Shown here one piece after another: positions 1 through 10,964 of a stretch of DNA of 64,000 nucleotides. The notes beneath the pieces are model-generated. The model saw only the letters and a list, made by a program, of their open reading frames with translations, was not told where the DNA came from and made no database searches. Source of the stretch: Alphaproteobacteria bacterium (GTDB lineage: Bacteria; Pseudomonadota; Alphaproteobacteria; Bin95). Numbering within the stretch: the stretch's first letter is position 1; the number at the start of each line of letters is the position of its first letter. A program made the translations under genes and the position numbers. The stretch covers positions 160,001-224,000 of the forward strand of contig CBDBGH010000003.1 of the NCBI GenBank assembly GCA_965205265.1. The letters are read 5' to 3'.

Positions 1-2
1 TG

Positions 3-1391
3 AAGGCGCAGGGCGAGCCGTTCTTCCGCCACTATTACGCCGATGTCGGCAAGGGCGAGAAGGTGGGGCCGCGGAGCGTCCGGTTCCGGTTTTCGGGCGG
101 CGAGAACCGCGAATTGCCGCTGATCGTCGGCCAGATACCGATCCTGCCGAAGCATTACTGGGAGGGGCGCGACTTCCAGGCGACGACGCTCGACCCGCCG
201 CTCGGCAGCGGCCCCTACCGCGTCTCCTCCTTCGAGACCGGGCGCTATCTGGAGCTGGAGCGCATCGAGGACTATTGGGGCCGGGACCTGCCGGTCAGGC
301 GCGGCACCGGGAATTTCGACCGCATGCGCTACGAGTATTTCCGCGATGCGACGCCGATCCGCGAAGCCCTCAAGTCCGGCGATATCGACTACCGGGAGGA
401 GAACATCTCCAAGTCCTGGGCCACGGAATACGACATCGAGCCGGTGCGGAAGGGGTGGCTGAAGAAGGAAAGCATCCAACATGGGCGCGTCGCGCCGATG
501 CAGGCCTTCGTCTTCAACGCCCGGCGCGACATCTTCAAGGACCGGCGGGTGCGCCGGGCGCTCGGCTACGCCTTCGATTTCGAGTGGTCGAACCGGACGT
601 TGTTCTACGGCATCTACAACCGGACGGGGAGCTATTTCGACAACTCGGAGCTTGCTTCGTCGGGCGTGCCGCAGGGCCGGGAGCTGGAGCTTCTGGAGCC
701 CTTCCGGGACAGCCTGCCGCCCGAGGTCTTCACCGAGCCGTTCGAGCTGCCGAAAACCGACGGGAAAGGCTGGCCGCGCCAGAACTACCGCGCCGCGCTC
801 AGCCTGCTGAAAGAGGCAGGCTGGGAACTCCGGGACCTGAAGCTCGTCCATGCGGGGACCGGCAAGCCGATGGCGTTCGAGATATTGCTGCGCAACCCGG
901 CCTTCGAGCGCGTCTTCCTGCCCTTTGCGCGCAACCTGAAGCGGCTCGGCGTCGAAGCCCGGATACGGCTGGTGGACCCCTCGCAATATGCGCAGCGCGT
1001 GCGCGGGCGCGATTTCGACATGATCGTCGGCGGCTGGGGCCAGAGCCATTCGCCCGGCAACGAGCAGCGCGACTACTGGGGCTCGGCCGCCGCCGGCCAG
1101 TTCGCCAGCCGCAATTCCGCCGGTATCGCCGATCCGGCGGTCGATGCGCTGGTGGAGAGCCTGATCGCCGCCCCCGACCGCGAGGAGCTGGTCTATCGCA
1201 CGAGGGCGCTCGACCGGGTGCTGCTGCACGGCTACTGGGTGATACCCAACTGGCACACCTCCGCCGACCGCGTGCTCTACTGGGACAAGTTCGGACGCCC
1301 GCCGACGGTGCCGATGGACGGTGTCAACACGAACCGCTGGTGGTTCGAGCCCGCGAAGGCGGCCGCGCTCAAAGCGGCGCGCGGCGGCTGA
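3..1391 (+). CDS. yejA: ABC transporter substrate-binding protein, YejA-like (family 5); 5'-truncated by window edge
   Basis: Open frame from base 3; PLGSGPY, RVRRALGYAFDFEW and YWGS..NSAG motifs; first gene of a yejABEF-like operon. Confidence 0.85.
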   Translation, partial: KAQGEPFFRHYYADVGKGEKVGPRSVRFRFSGGENRELPLIVGQIPILPKHYWEGRDFQATTLDPPLGSGPYRVSSFETGRYLELERIEDYWGRDLPVRRGTGNFDRMRYEYFRDATPIREALKSGDIDYREENISKSWATEYDIEPVRKGWLKKESIQHGRVAPMQAFVFNARRDIFKDRRVRRALGYAFDFEWSNRTLFYGIYNRTGSYFDNSELASSGVPQGRELELLEPFRDSLPPEVFTEPFELPKTDGKGWPRQNYRAALSLLKEAGWELRDLKLVHAGTGKPMAFEILLRNPAFERVFLPFARNLKRLGVEARIRLVDPSQYAQRVRGRDFDMIVGGWGQSHSPGNEQRDYWGSAAAGQFASRNSAGIADPAVDALVESLIAAPDREELVYRTRALDRVLLHGYWVIPNWHTSADRVLYWDKFGRPPTVPMDGVNTNRWWFEPAKAAALKAARGG

Positions 1392-1422
1392 CCGCCCGCC
1401 GGCGGCGCGCGCAAGCCGGCCG

Positions 1423-2511
1423 ATGGCAGCCTATATCCTGCGCCGGCTCGCGCTGATGGCGCCGACCTTCCTCGGCATCATCCTCATCAATTTCGTCGTC
1501 ATCCAGTTCGCCCCCGGCGGGCCCGTCGACCAGGCGATCGCGCAATTGGAGGGCTATGGCGACGCCGCGATCGAGCGGGTGACGCGCGGCGGCGCGGAGA
1601 TCGTCCGCAGCGCGGAGAGCTCCGACAGCCGCTACCGGGGCGCGCAGGGCCTCGACCCCGCCTATATCGCCGAACTGGAGAAACGGTTCGGCTTCGACCG
1701 GCCGGTGCATGAGCGCTTCTTCAAGATGGTCGGCGACTATCTCAGCTTCGACTTCGGCGAGAGCTATTTCCGGGACGAGCGCGTGGTGGACCTCGTGCTG
1801 GAGAAAATGCCGGTCTCGATCTCGCTCGGCCTCTGGACGACGCTCCTGGTCTATCTCATCTCGATCCCGCTCGGTGTCGCCAAGGCGGTGCGCGACGGCT
1901 CGCGCTTCGACATCTGGACGAGCGCGGTCGTCGTGTTCGGCAACGCCATCCCGTCCTTCATCTTCGCGGTCATGCTGCTGGTGCTGTTCGCCGGCGGCAG
2001 CTATCTCGACTGGTTCCCGCTGAAGGGGCTGACCTCCGACGGCGCGGAGACCTGGCCCTGGTATGCGCAGGTCGCGGACTATTTCTGGCATCTGGCGCTG
2101 CCGGTCACGGCCATGGTGGTCGGCGGCTTCGCGACCCTCACCCTGCTTACCAAGAACTCCTTCCTCGACCAGATCGGTCAGCAATATGTGCTGACCGCGA
2201 GGGCCAAGGGCCTGACGGCGCGCCGGGTGCTCTACGGCCATGTCTTCCGCAACGCCATGCTGATCGTCATCGCCGGCTTCCCGGCGGCCTTCGTCGGTGT
2301 GCTGTTCACCGGCGCGGTGCTGATCGAGACGATCTTCTCGCTGGACGGGCTCGGCCTGCTCGGCTTCGAGGCGGCGCTCAACCGCGACTACCCGATCATG
2401 TTCGCCTCGCTCTGGTTCTTCACGCTGCTCGGCCTCGTCATGCAGCTCATCGGCGACCTCGCCTACATGCTGGTGGACCCGCGCATCGACTTCGAGACGA
2501 GGCAGGTCTGA
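1423..2511 (+). CDS. yejB: ABC permease YejB
   Basis: MAAYILRRLALMAPT start, FAPGGPV, TKNSFLD, ARAKGL (EAA loop), VDPRIDF end. Confidence 0.9.
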   Translation: MAAYILRRLALMAPTFLGIILINFVVIQFAPGGPVDQAIAQLEGYGDAAIERVTRGGAEIVRSAESSDSRYRGAQGLDPAYIAELEKRFGFDRPVHERFFKMVGDYLSFDFGESYFRDERVVDLVLEKMPVSISLGLWTTLLVYLISIPLGVAKAVRDGSRFDIWTSAVVVFGNAIPSFIFAVMLLVLFAGGSYLDWFPLKGLTSDGAETWPWYAQVADYFWHLALPVTAMVVGGFATLTLLTKNSFLDQIGQQYVLTARAKGLTARRVLYGHVFRNAMLIVIAGFPAAFVGVLFTGAVLIETIFSLDGLGLLGFEAALNRDYPIMFASLWFFTLLGLVMQLIGDLAYMLVDPRIDFETRQV

Positions 2512-2520
2512 GCCGTGCCC

Positions 2521-3539
2521 ATGAGTCCGCTGACGCGCCGGCGCCTCGCCAATTTCCGGGCCAACCGGCGCGGCTGGTGGTCGCTCTGGATCTTCCTGGC
2601 GCTCTTCGTCCTCTCGCTCGGGGCGGAGTTCATCGCCAACGACAGGCCCTTCGTCGTCTTCTATGACGGCGGGCTCTACATGCCGGTCTTCGAGCGCTAT
2701 CCGGAGACCGTCTTCGGCGGCGAGTTCGAGACCGAGGCCGACTACCGCGACCCCTATGTCCGCGAGCTGATCGCGGAGAAGGGCTGGATGCTGAGCCCGC
2801 TCATCTCTTACGACTACCGCACCGTCGCCTGGGACCTGGCCACGCCCGCGCCCTCCGCGCCCGATGCGGAGCACTGGCTCGGCACGGACGACCAGGCCCG
2901 CGACGTGATGGCCCGCCTGATATACGGGTTCCGCGTCTCGGTGCTGTTCGGGCTCACGCTCACGCTCTTCAGCAGCATCGTCGGTGTGGCGGCCGGGGCC
3001 GTGCAGGGCTATTTCGGCGGCTGGACCGACCTGATCGGCCAGCGGCTGATCGAAATCTGGGGCAGCATGCCGACGCTCTACCTGCTCATCATCCTCGCCA
3101 GCACGATCACGCCGACCTTCTGGTGGCTGCTCGGGCTGCTGCTGCTGTTCTCCTGGATCGCGCTGGTCGGGCTGGTGCGCGCCGAGTTCCTGCGCGCGCG
3201 CAATTTCGACTATGTGCGCGCCGCCCGCGCGCTCGGCGTCTCCAACCCGGTCGTGATCTTCCGCCATGTGCTGCCGAACGCGATGGTCGCGACGATCACC
3301 TTCCTGCCCTTCGTGCTGATCGGCGCCATCACCTCGCTGACCGGCCTCGACTTCCTCGGCTTCGGGCTGCCGGTCGGCTCCGCCTCGCTCGGCGAACTGC
3401 TGGCGCAGGGCAAGGCCAATCTCCAGGCGCCCTGGCTCGGCCTCACCGCCTTCTTCTCGCTCGCCGTGCTGCTCTCGCTGCTGGTGTTCATCGGCGAGGC
3501 GGTGCGCGACGCCTTCGACCCGCGCAAGGGGCTCGCGGG

Positions 3540-3543
<4 letters not shown>
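2521..3543 (+). CDS. yejE: ABC permease YejE
   Basis: RRLANFRANRRGWWSL, HWLGTDDQARDV, VRAEFLRARNFDYV, GEAVRDAFDPRK; start may be GTG 2515. Confidence 0.9.
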
Positions 3544-5153
<1,610 letters not shown>

Positions 5154-5275
5154 CGCATTGTTCCTGATAAGTGCTGGTAGCGGCGATGCGGCGCGGGCGC
5201 CGGACCGCTTCGGGGAAGCGTCATGGAATGTCATGTTCCGGCGCGCCGGGCCGCCTCCGCGTGGCTCGTTTCCAC

Positions 5276-5404
5276 GTCGCCCCGGACTCGATCCGGGGCC
5301 CATCCCTGACCGTTTGCGCCCGCCGCGGCCGTTCGAGAAAGGATTGGACCGCTCGCGCCTGCCGAGAGCGCCCGGGATGGGCCCCGGATCAAGTCCGGGG
5401 CGAC
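5276..5404. repeat. REP-like paired palindrome
   Basis: gtcgccccggactcgatccggggcccatc ... gatgggccccggatcaagtccggggcgac, inverted pair. Confidence 0.8.
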
Positions 5405-5509
5405 GGGATGGGTGCGGACCGCGCGCGCAAAACCCGGCAAATTCGATGTCTTCACAACCTCTTTCGAGGGGGCGACGAATGCGGGCGCGAGCGCCGGCCC
5501 ACTCCAGCG

Positions 5510-5815
5510 TCGTGTCATGGGATGTCATGAAATGTAATGGTCCGGGGCGAAATCGGCGCTTCCGGGCGGGTGGAGAGGGCGGTGGTCGGGTCAGGTAGGG
5601 GCATGGCGGCTCCTCGGTTCGGCTCGTGTTCATTCGGCACACCGCCCGGCTGTGGAGCGACCCTTTACCGCGCGCATTTGCGTGCGGGCGCGGGCGCGTG
5701 TCGGCGCCGGCGCGGTTCGCGCGCCTGATTGCCCGCGCGAGGCAGGCTGAGGACGCACTTCGCCTGTCGGCTGAACCGGAGTCGGTCCGCATGCGCGTCG
5801 GCGCGGGAAGATTGT
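5510..5815 (-). repeat. Dispersed structured element, copy B (core, RBS, 29-aa ORF 5515-5604, ATGACA boxes; no own promoter)
   Basis: Core homologous to 5995-6150, 47270-47435 and 60235-60400; GAGGAG RBS; ORF MPLPDPTTALSTRPEAPISPRTITFHDIP. Confidence 0.8.
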
Positions 5816-5819
5816 GGCC

Positions 5820-6215
5820 TGTCATGGAATGTCATATTTACTCACACTTTGTCATGGTAGTGACGGCGGAAGGCTTCCTGGCGGGAGGAGAGGGCGAGGG
5901 TCGGGTCGATGATGGGCATGGGCGCGGCTCCTTCGTTCCGGCCCGCGTCCGGCGCGGACGCCGGCGCGGGTTTGCAGACAGGCCGCCCCGGCATCGGAGC
6001 GACCCTTTATCGCGCGCATTTGCGTGCGGGCGCGGGCGGGCGTTAGCGCCGGCGCGGTTTGCGCGCCTGATTGCGCGTGCGCGAGGCAGGCGCAGGGCGC
6101 ACCTCGCCTGTCGGCTGAATCGGGGTCGTTCCGCACCGGGCCGGCGCGGGCGGGATGCGGTCCATGGACTCCGCTTCCCTCGGACCCATCATAGCACAAA
6201 CCGATAAATGTCAAG
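5820..6215 (-). repeat. Dispersed structured element, copy A (promoter, core, RBS, 25-aa ORF 5842-5919, ATGACA boxes); candidate ncRNA/leader
   Basis: TTGACA..TGcTATGAT; closing helix 6123-6133 with 5995-6005; GAAGGAG RBS; ORF MPIIDPTLALSSRQEAFRRHYHDKV. Confidence 0.8.
6188..6214 (-). promoter_or_regulatory. Sigma70-like promoter with extended -10, reading into copy A
   Basis: Minus strand TTGACA-N15-TATGAT preceded by TGn; same layout at 60438-60464. Confidence 0.6.
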
Positions 6216-6317
6216 TATAATTTGTGGAAAATTCCTATACAATCGAACAAATCGGGCGATGGAACTGTGGAAAACAATGCGGACGTGCCCCCGGCACAAG
6301 GCTGTCGAGGAAGTGCC

Positions 6318-6424
6318 GGTGAAGCAGAGGCCCGGCCCGGCCCGTCTTCGAGATGCCGCGCGACGACTACACCAAAGCCCTCCTCGCCGCCGCCTTCGAT
6401 CTTGAGGCGCGGGAGACGGAGTAG
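6318..6424 (+). repeat. Right copy of the yejF 3'-end direct repeat (degenerate gene fragment)
   Basis: Reads ..VFEMPRDDYTKALLAAAFDLEARETE* versus yejF ..VFEAPRDDYTKALLAAAFDLEAREAE*. Confidence 0.9.
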
Positions 6425-6502
6425 GGCGGCGCATCTCGCCTTTTTCCTTCGTATAGTTATCGGATAGTGATAACCTTGGATGCCATGACAGCGTCCGCCC
6501 CC

Positions 6503-6883
6503 ATGACGACATTGAAGATCGGAATCGCCGGGTACGGCCGGATGAAAGCGCGGACGATGGCAATCGCGCGGGGAGAGCACAAACCCTCCGGGGATGAGCC
6601 GATGGTCTGGTTCGCATCCGTCGAGAGCTTTGCCAGGGTGCTCTCCGGGCACAATCGCGAACTGCTGGCGGTGATTGTGCGGGAGCAGCCGGGTTCGCTC
6701 ACGGAGTTGGCGGCGCTGGCCGGGCGAAGCAAGTCGAACCTGTCGCGCACCCTCAAGACAATGTCGCGCTACGGCCTGGTGGAATTGGCGGCGGGGCGGC
6801 GCGGCGCGCTCGTTCCCCGCGTTCCCTACGACCGGGTAAGCCTCGACCTGCCGCTGACGGCCTCGCCGCGCGAGGCTGCATGA
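6503..6883 (+). CDS. HTH DNA-binding protein (COG4190-like, putative antitoxin-type regulator)
   Basis: MTTLKIGIA..WFASVESFARVLS..NRELL..SLTELA..GRSKSNLSRTLKTM winged-HTH pattern. Confidence 0.7.
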   Translation: MTTLKIGIAGYGRMKARTMAIARGEHKPSGDEPMVWFASVESFARVLSGHNRELLAVIVREQPGSLTELAALAGRSKSNLSRTLKTMSRYGLVELAAGRRGALVPRVPYDRVSLDLPLTASPREAA

Positions 6884-6916
6884 GGCAGCCTGCTGCGGGG
6901 CGGTATTTTTCGGCCG

Positions 6917-7618
6917 TCAATGCTCTTCGTCGCGGCGGACTTTGGACAAGGCGGACGAAATAAGGCCTGCCGGAACGGCCACAATTCCGAGACCGCACAT
7001 CAGGATTACGAATGTGAACGCCTTGCCCCCTGCCGTTACGGGATAAACATCGCCGTAGCCGACGGTCGTGAGAGTGGCGACAGCCCACCAGATACTGTGG
7101 AAGATCGACCGGAACGCTTCCGGCTGGGCCTCATGCTCGAAGTGGTATATTCCGGCGGCCGAGATATACAGAAGCACTGCCGTCGCCATGAAGAATATGA
7201 CGGCTTCTTCCCGGACTTCCGCAAGCGCCTTGCCGAATCGCTCCATCGTCCTGCTGTAGCGGGCCAGTTTCAGGATGCGGAAAATGCGAAGAAGGCGGAA
7301 TGCCCTGAGGGCGTAAAGGTCGATACCAAGCAGGAGATAGAAGGGCGCAATTGCGATCAGGTCTATCAGGCCGTAGAAGCTGAAGATATATCTCCATTTG
7401 TTCGGGGCTGTAACGATGCGCAGGCCGTATTCCAAAGTGAACAATACGGTAATTCCGATTTCCAGTGAGAAAAGAAAATGTTTCAGTTGAGGCGATAAAT
7501 CCGGCAATGTTTCGACCGACAGGGAAACAATCGAAATCGCAATGAGAACAAGAACCGCAATGTCGAAAATCCTGCCGGGAACGGTATCGGACTCTTGCAC
7601 GATTTTCCGCAGGTTCAT
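6917..7618 (-). CDS. Voltage-gated potassium channel / ion transporter (6TM)
   Basis: TTVGYGD selectivity filter; S4-like RAFRLLRIFRILKLARY; visibly lower GC than flanks. Confidence 0.9.
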   Translation of the reverse strand: MNLRKIVQESDTVPGRIFDIAVLVLIAISIVSLSVETLPDLSPQLKHFLFSLEIGITVLFTLEYGLRIVTAPNKWRYIFSFYGLIDLIAIAPFYLLLGIDLYALRAFRLLRIFRILKLARYSRTMERFGKALAEVREEAVIFFMATAVLLYISAAGIYHFEHEAQPEAFRSIFHSIWWAVATLTTVGYGDVYPVTAGGKAFTFVILMCGLGIVAVPAGLISSALSKVRRDEEH

Positions 7619-7696
7619 TGCTCGTCTCCCTCCGGTTTGAAGAGACAGGGTGTCCTGAAAGGACGCCGGTCCGGCCGGGCCGGCGGCGGGGCCGGC

Positions 7697-8497
7697 CTAT
7701 TGCGCCGTGCCCACCGCGACATCGGCGGTGAGGGTTTCCGCGCTTTCGCCGTGGATGTGGCCGCGGATGGGGGCGGCGTCGAAGGCGTCGAGGCCGGAGC
7801 CGAGGCGGACATAGGCGTCGGTCGGGCTCTGGCGGTGGGTCGGGTCGAAGCCGACCCAGCCGAGCCCCTGCACCCAGGCTTCCGCCCAGGCATGGGTTTC
7901 GCCGAGCGGGGATTCTGGGTCGTGCAGATAGCCGACGACATAGCGCGCCGGGACTTCGAGGAAGCGGCAGGCGGCGGCGAAGAGATGCGCCTGGTCCTGG
8001 CAGACGCCGGCGCCGCGCTCCAGCGCCCCGGCGGCCGTGACGCTGCCGTCGGTCGCGCCCGGGCGGTATTCGACCGCGTCGGCGACGGCTTCGTTCAGCT
8101 TGTGGAGCATCGGCAGCAGGCCGTCGCTCGCGGCGGCGACCTGCTGCGCGAAACCGGCAATGCCGCCCTCGGGTCCGGTGAGCGGCGTATAGCGCAGGAA
8201 AACCGCCGGGCGGTGCGGCGGCCAGCGGCCGAGCATGCCGGCCCTGTCCTCGGTCTCGACCGTGCCCTCGACCGAGACCTCCACCCGCTCCACCCGCTCC
8301 GGCGCCCGCCAGAGCGCCTCCCGGTCGCCGAAGGAGTTGGTCAGCAGCGGCGCGACCTCGGACCCGTTCACGCGCACCGACCAGGCCTCGACGCGCTGCA
8401 TGGCGCAATCGACCGCGAACAGCCTGAGCCGCAGGGTCAGCTGCGCGGGCGGCGGGTCGTAGCCGTAAACCGTATCGTGGCGGATGGAGAGGCGCAT
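7697..8497 (-). CDS. Transglutaminase family protein
   Basis: MRLSIRHDTVYGY N-domain; GVCQD, HAWAE and GFDPT catalytic triad motifs. Confidence 0.9.
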   Translation of the reverse strand: MRLSIRHDTVYGYDPPPAQLTLRLRLFAVDCAMQRVEAWSVRVNGSEVAPLLTNSFGDREALWRAPERVERVEVSVEGTVETEDRAGMLGRWPPHRPAVFLRYTPLTGPEGGIAGFAQQVAAASDGLLPMLHKLNEAVADAVEYRPGATDGSVTAAGALERGAGVCQDQAHLFAAACRFLEVPARYVVGYLHDPESPLGETHAWAEAWVQGLGWVGFDPTHRQSPTDAYVRLGSGLDAFDAAPIRGHIHGESAETLTADVAVGTAQ

Positions 8498-8508
8498 GCG
8501 GCGAGCCT

Positions 8509-9438
8509 TCAGAAATGGTAGGCGCGGGAGAGCTCGCCGGAGAGGCGGGCATTCAGCCGGAGCGCCTCCAGCAGGAACTCGTGCAGCCCCTCGTCGAAAA
8601 TGTCGTCCATATCCCGGTTCTGCAGCCGGCGGACGGTCTGCTCGACCGTGGCGTGGCAGTCGTGGCGCGCGCCGTACCGGTCCGCCAGGCGGGCGAGCGC
8701 CGCCCTCAGGCCGGCGTAGCAGAAGGCGAGCGAGCACGGGAACTCGGCATTCAGGATCATGAAATGGGCGATTTTCGACGGGTCGAAATCGCCGCGATAG
8801 ACATAGTGGAAGGCGCGCACTGCCGACGTGGCGTGCAGCAGGCTGATCCAGCGGTAGCGGTCGCGGTTGTCGAGCAGGAGGCCGGTTTCGGGCAGCAGCA
8901 CGAAATATTTGGCGTCGAGGAGCCGGAGCGTCATGTCGGCGCGTTCGAGGAAGGCCCCAGCGGAGAGGAAGTCGTAACGCTCGCCGCGCAGCATGGTCGT
9001 CTGCGCCGCGCCCCGGAAGAGCGCCGAGAGGCTCCTGATGCGGTCCAGCGTGGCGGGCAGGTCCCGCCGGACGGTCTCCGCTTCGACGCCGCCGAGCCAC
9101 CGCCAGCCGTCGTTCAGCCCCTCCCACATGTCGGCGGTGAGCGCGGTGCGCACGGCGCGGGCATTGTTCCGGGCGCTGTCGAAGCAGGCCCGGATCGAGG
9201 AGGGGTTGTCCTCGTCGAGAATGAGGCTCCGGCAGACCTCGGCCTCGCCGACCCGGTCATCGGGGCCGAACGCCGCGCCGGCCCCGGCCGCGGCCGCAAC
9301 CGAGCGCCACTCCTCCTGCCCGTAGGCGCCGGGCAGCATCGCCATGCGCCGGCCCATATCGATCAGCCGCGCGGTCGCCTCCGCGCGCTCCAGGTAGCGC
9401 GCCATCCAGAAAAGGCTCTCCGCCGTCCGGCTCAGCAT
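8509..9438 (-). CDS. Alpha-E domain protein (DUF403)
   Basis: MLSRTAESLFWMARYLERAE and second ER motif FLERADMT. Confidence 0.9.
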   Translation of the reverse strand: MLSRTAESLFWMARYLERAEATARLIDMGRRMAMLPGAYGQEEWRSVAAAAGAGAAFGPDDRVGEAEVCRSLILDEDNPSSIRACFDSARNNARAVRTALTADMWEGLNDGWRWLGGVEAETVRRDLPATLDRIRSLSALFRGAAQTTMLRGERYDFLSAGAFLERADMTLRLLDAKYFVLLPETGLLLDNRDRYRWISLLHATSAVRAFHYVYRGDFDPSKIAHFMILNAEFPCSLAFCYAGLRAALARLADRYGARHDCHATVEQTVRRLQNRDMDDIFDEGLHEFLLEALRLNARLSGELSRAYHF

Positions 9439-9508
9439 CGTCCCGGTTCCGCAGGGTTCGGGGGGCAGTATAGGCGGGTTTCGCGCCGGCTGTCCCGCCG
9501 GGAGACGG

Positions 9509-10915
9509 CTATTCCGCCAGCACCCAGGTGTCCTTGACGCCGCCGCCCTGGCTGGAATTGACGACCAGCGAGCCCTCGCGGAGCGCGACGCGGGTGAGGC
9601 CGCCGGGGACGAGGCGGATGGTGCGCCCGATCAGGCAGTAGGGCCGGAAATCGACATGCCGGCCGGCGACGCCGGTCTCGGACAGAGAGGGCGAGGAGGA
9701 GAGCTCCAGGGTCGGCTGGGCGATGTAGCCGTCGGGATCGCGGCGGATCTTCTCCGCGAACTCCGCGCGCTCGGCGGCGGTCGAATGCGGCCCGATCAGC
9801 ATGCCGTAGCCGCCCGAGCCGTGCACCTCCTTCACCACCAGCTCGTCCAGCCGCTCCAGCACCCAGGCGCGCTCCTCGTCATGCGAACAGCGCCAGGTCG
9901 GCACGTTCCGCAGGATCGGCTCCTGACCCAGATAGAAGCGGATCATCTCCGGTACATAGACATAGACTTCCTTGTCGTCGGCAACGCCGGCGCCGGGCGC
10001 AGAGCAGAGCGTCACGCCGCCGGCCCGGTAGGCGTCGAACAGGCCGGGCACGCCGAGCATGCTGTCGGGACGGAAGGAGAGCGGGTCGAGAAAGGCGTCG
10101 TCGATGCGCCTGTAGAGCACGTCCACGCGCTCGGGCCCCCGGGTCGTGCGCATCCAGCACAGGCCCTCATCGACGAACAGGTCCTGGGGCTCGACCAGCT
10201 CGATGCCCATGAGGTCGGCGAGGAAGGAATGTTCGTAATAGGCGGAGTTGAACGGCCCCGGCGTCAGGAGCGCGATAACCGGGTCGCCGGCGCAAGCGGG
10301 GGGCGCCATCTCCCCCAGCGTCCGGCGCAGCTCTTCGGGATAGACATCGACCGGCTCGATCCTGCCGCCGCGGAACAGTTCCGGGCAGGTCCGCATCATG
10401 CATTCCCGGTTCTCCAGCATGTAGCTGACGCCGGACGGCGTGCGGCAATTGTCCTCCAGCACCTGGAATTCCCGCTCGCCGGTGCGCACGATGTCGATGC
10501 CGACCACATGGGAATAAACCCGGCCCGGCGGATCGACGCCGATCATCGCCGGCTCGAAGGCCGCATTCCGGTAAACCAGGCGCTCCGGCACGATCCCGGC
10601 GCGCAGGATTTCGCCGCGGTGATAGACGTCCTGGAGGAAGGCGTTGAGCGCGAGCGCGCGCTGGCGGATGCCGCGCTCCAGCCGGCGCCACTCGGCGGCG
10701 GCGAACACCCGCGGGATGAGGTCGAACGGGATCAGCCGTTCCGGGTCCCCGCCCTCGCCATAGACGGCGAAGGTGATGCCGATGCGCCGGAATATCGCCT
10801 CCGCCTCGGCCGTGTGCCGGCGCAGCGTATCGATGCCGCTCGCCTCGATCCAGGCGGCGATGTCGCTGTAGGGCTCCCTCACTTCGGCGCTGTCGCCGGT
10901 CATCTCGTCGAACAT
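9509..10915 (-). CDS. Circularly permuted ATP-grasp type 2 protein
   Basis: LEDNCRTPSGVSY, YRRIDD, GSGGYG, VVNSSQGGGVKDTWV. Confidence 0.92.
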   Translation of the reverse strand: MFDEMTGDSAEVREPYSDIAAWIEASGIDTLRRHTAEAEAIFRRIGITFAVYGEGGDPERLIPFDLIPRVFAAAEWRRLERGIRQRALALNAFLQDVYHRGEILRAGIVPERLVYRNAAFEPAMIGVDPPGRVYSHVVGIDIVRTGEREFQVLEDNCRTPSGVSYMLENRECMMRTCPELFRGGRIEPVDVYPEELRRTLGEMAPPACAGDPVIALLTPGPFNSAYYEHSFLADLMGIELVEPQDLFVDEGLCWMRTTRGPERVDVLYRRIDDAFLDPLSFRPDSMLGVPGLFDAYRAGGVTLCSAPGAGVADDKEVYVYVPEMIRFYLGQEPILRNVPTWRCSHDEERAWVLERLDELVVKEVHGSGGYGMLIGPHSTAAERAEFAEKIRRDPDGYIAQPTLELSSSPSLSETGVAGRHVDFRPYCLIGRTIRLVPGGLTRVALREGSLVVNSSQGGGVKDTWVLAE

Positions 10916-10964
10916 GCCGGCTCCTTTCCCGCCCCGTGCCGCCCGGTCCGGCCGCCGCCTGCCG

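Noticed and set aside
5154-6320. Possible CRISPR array, or protein genes 5158-5598 and 5626-6207, in the repeat-rich gap
   Set aside because: Repeats are long, degenerate and irregularly spaced, with no cas genes; the ORFs are translations of repeats
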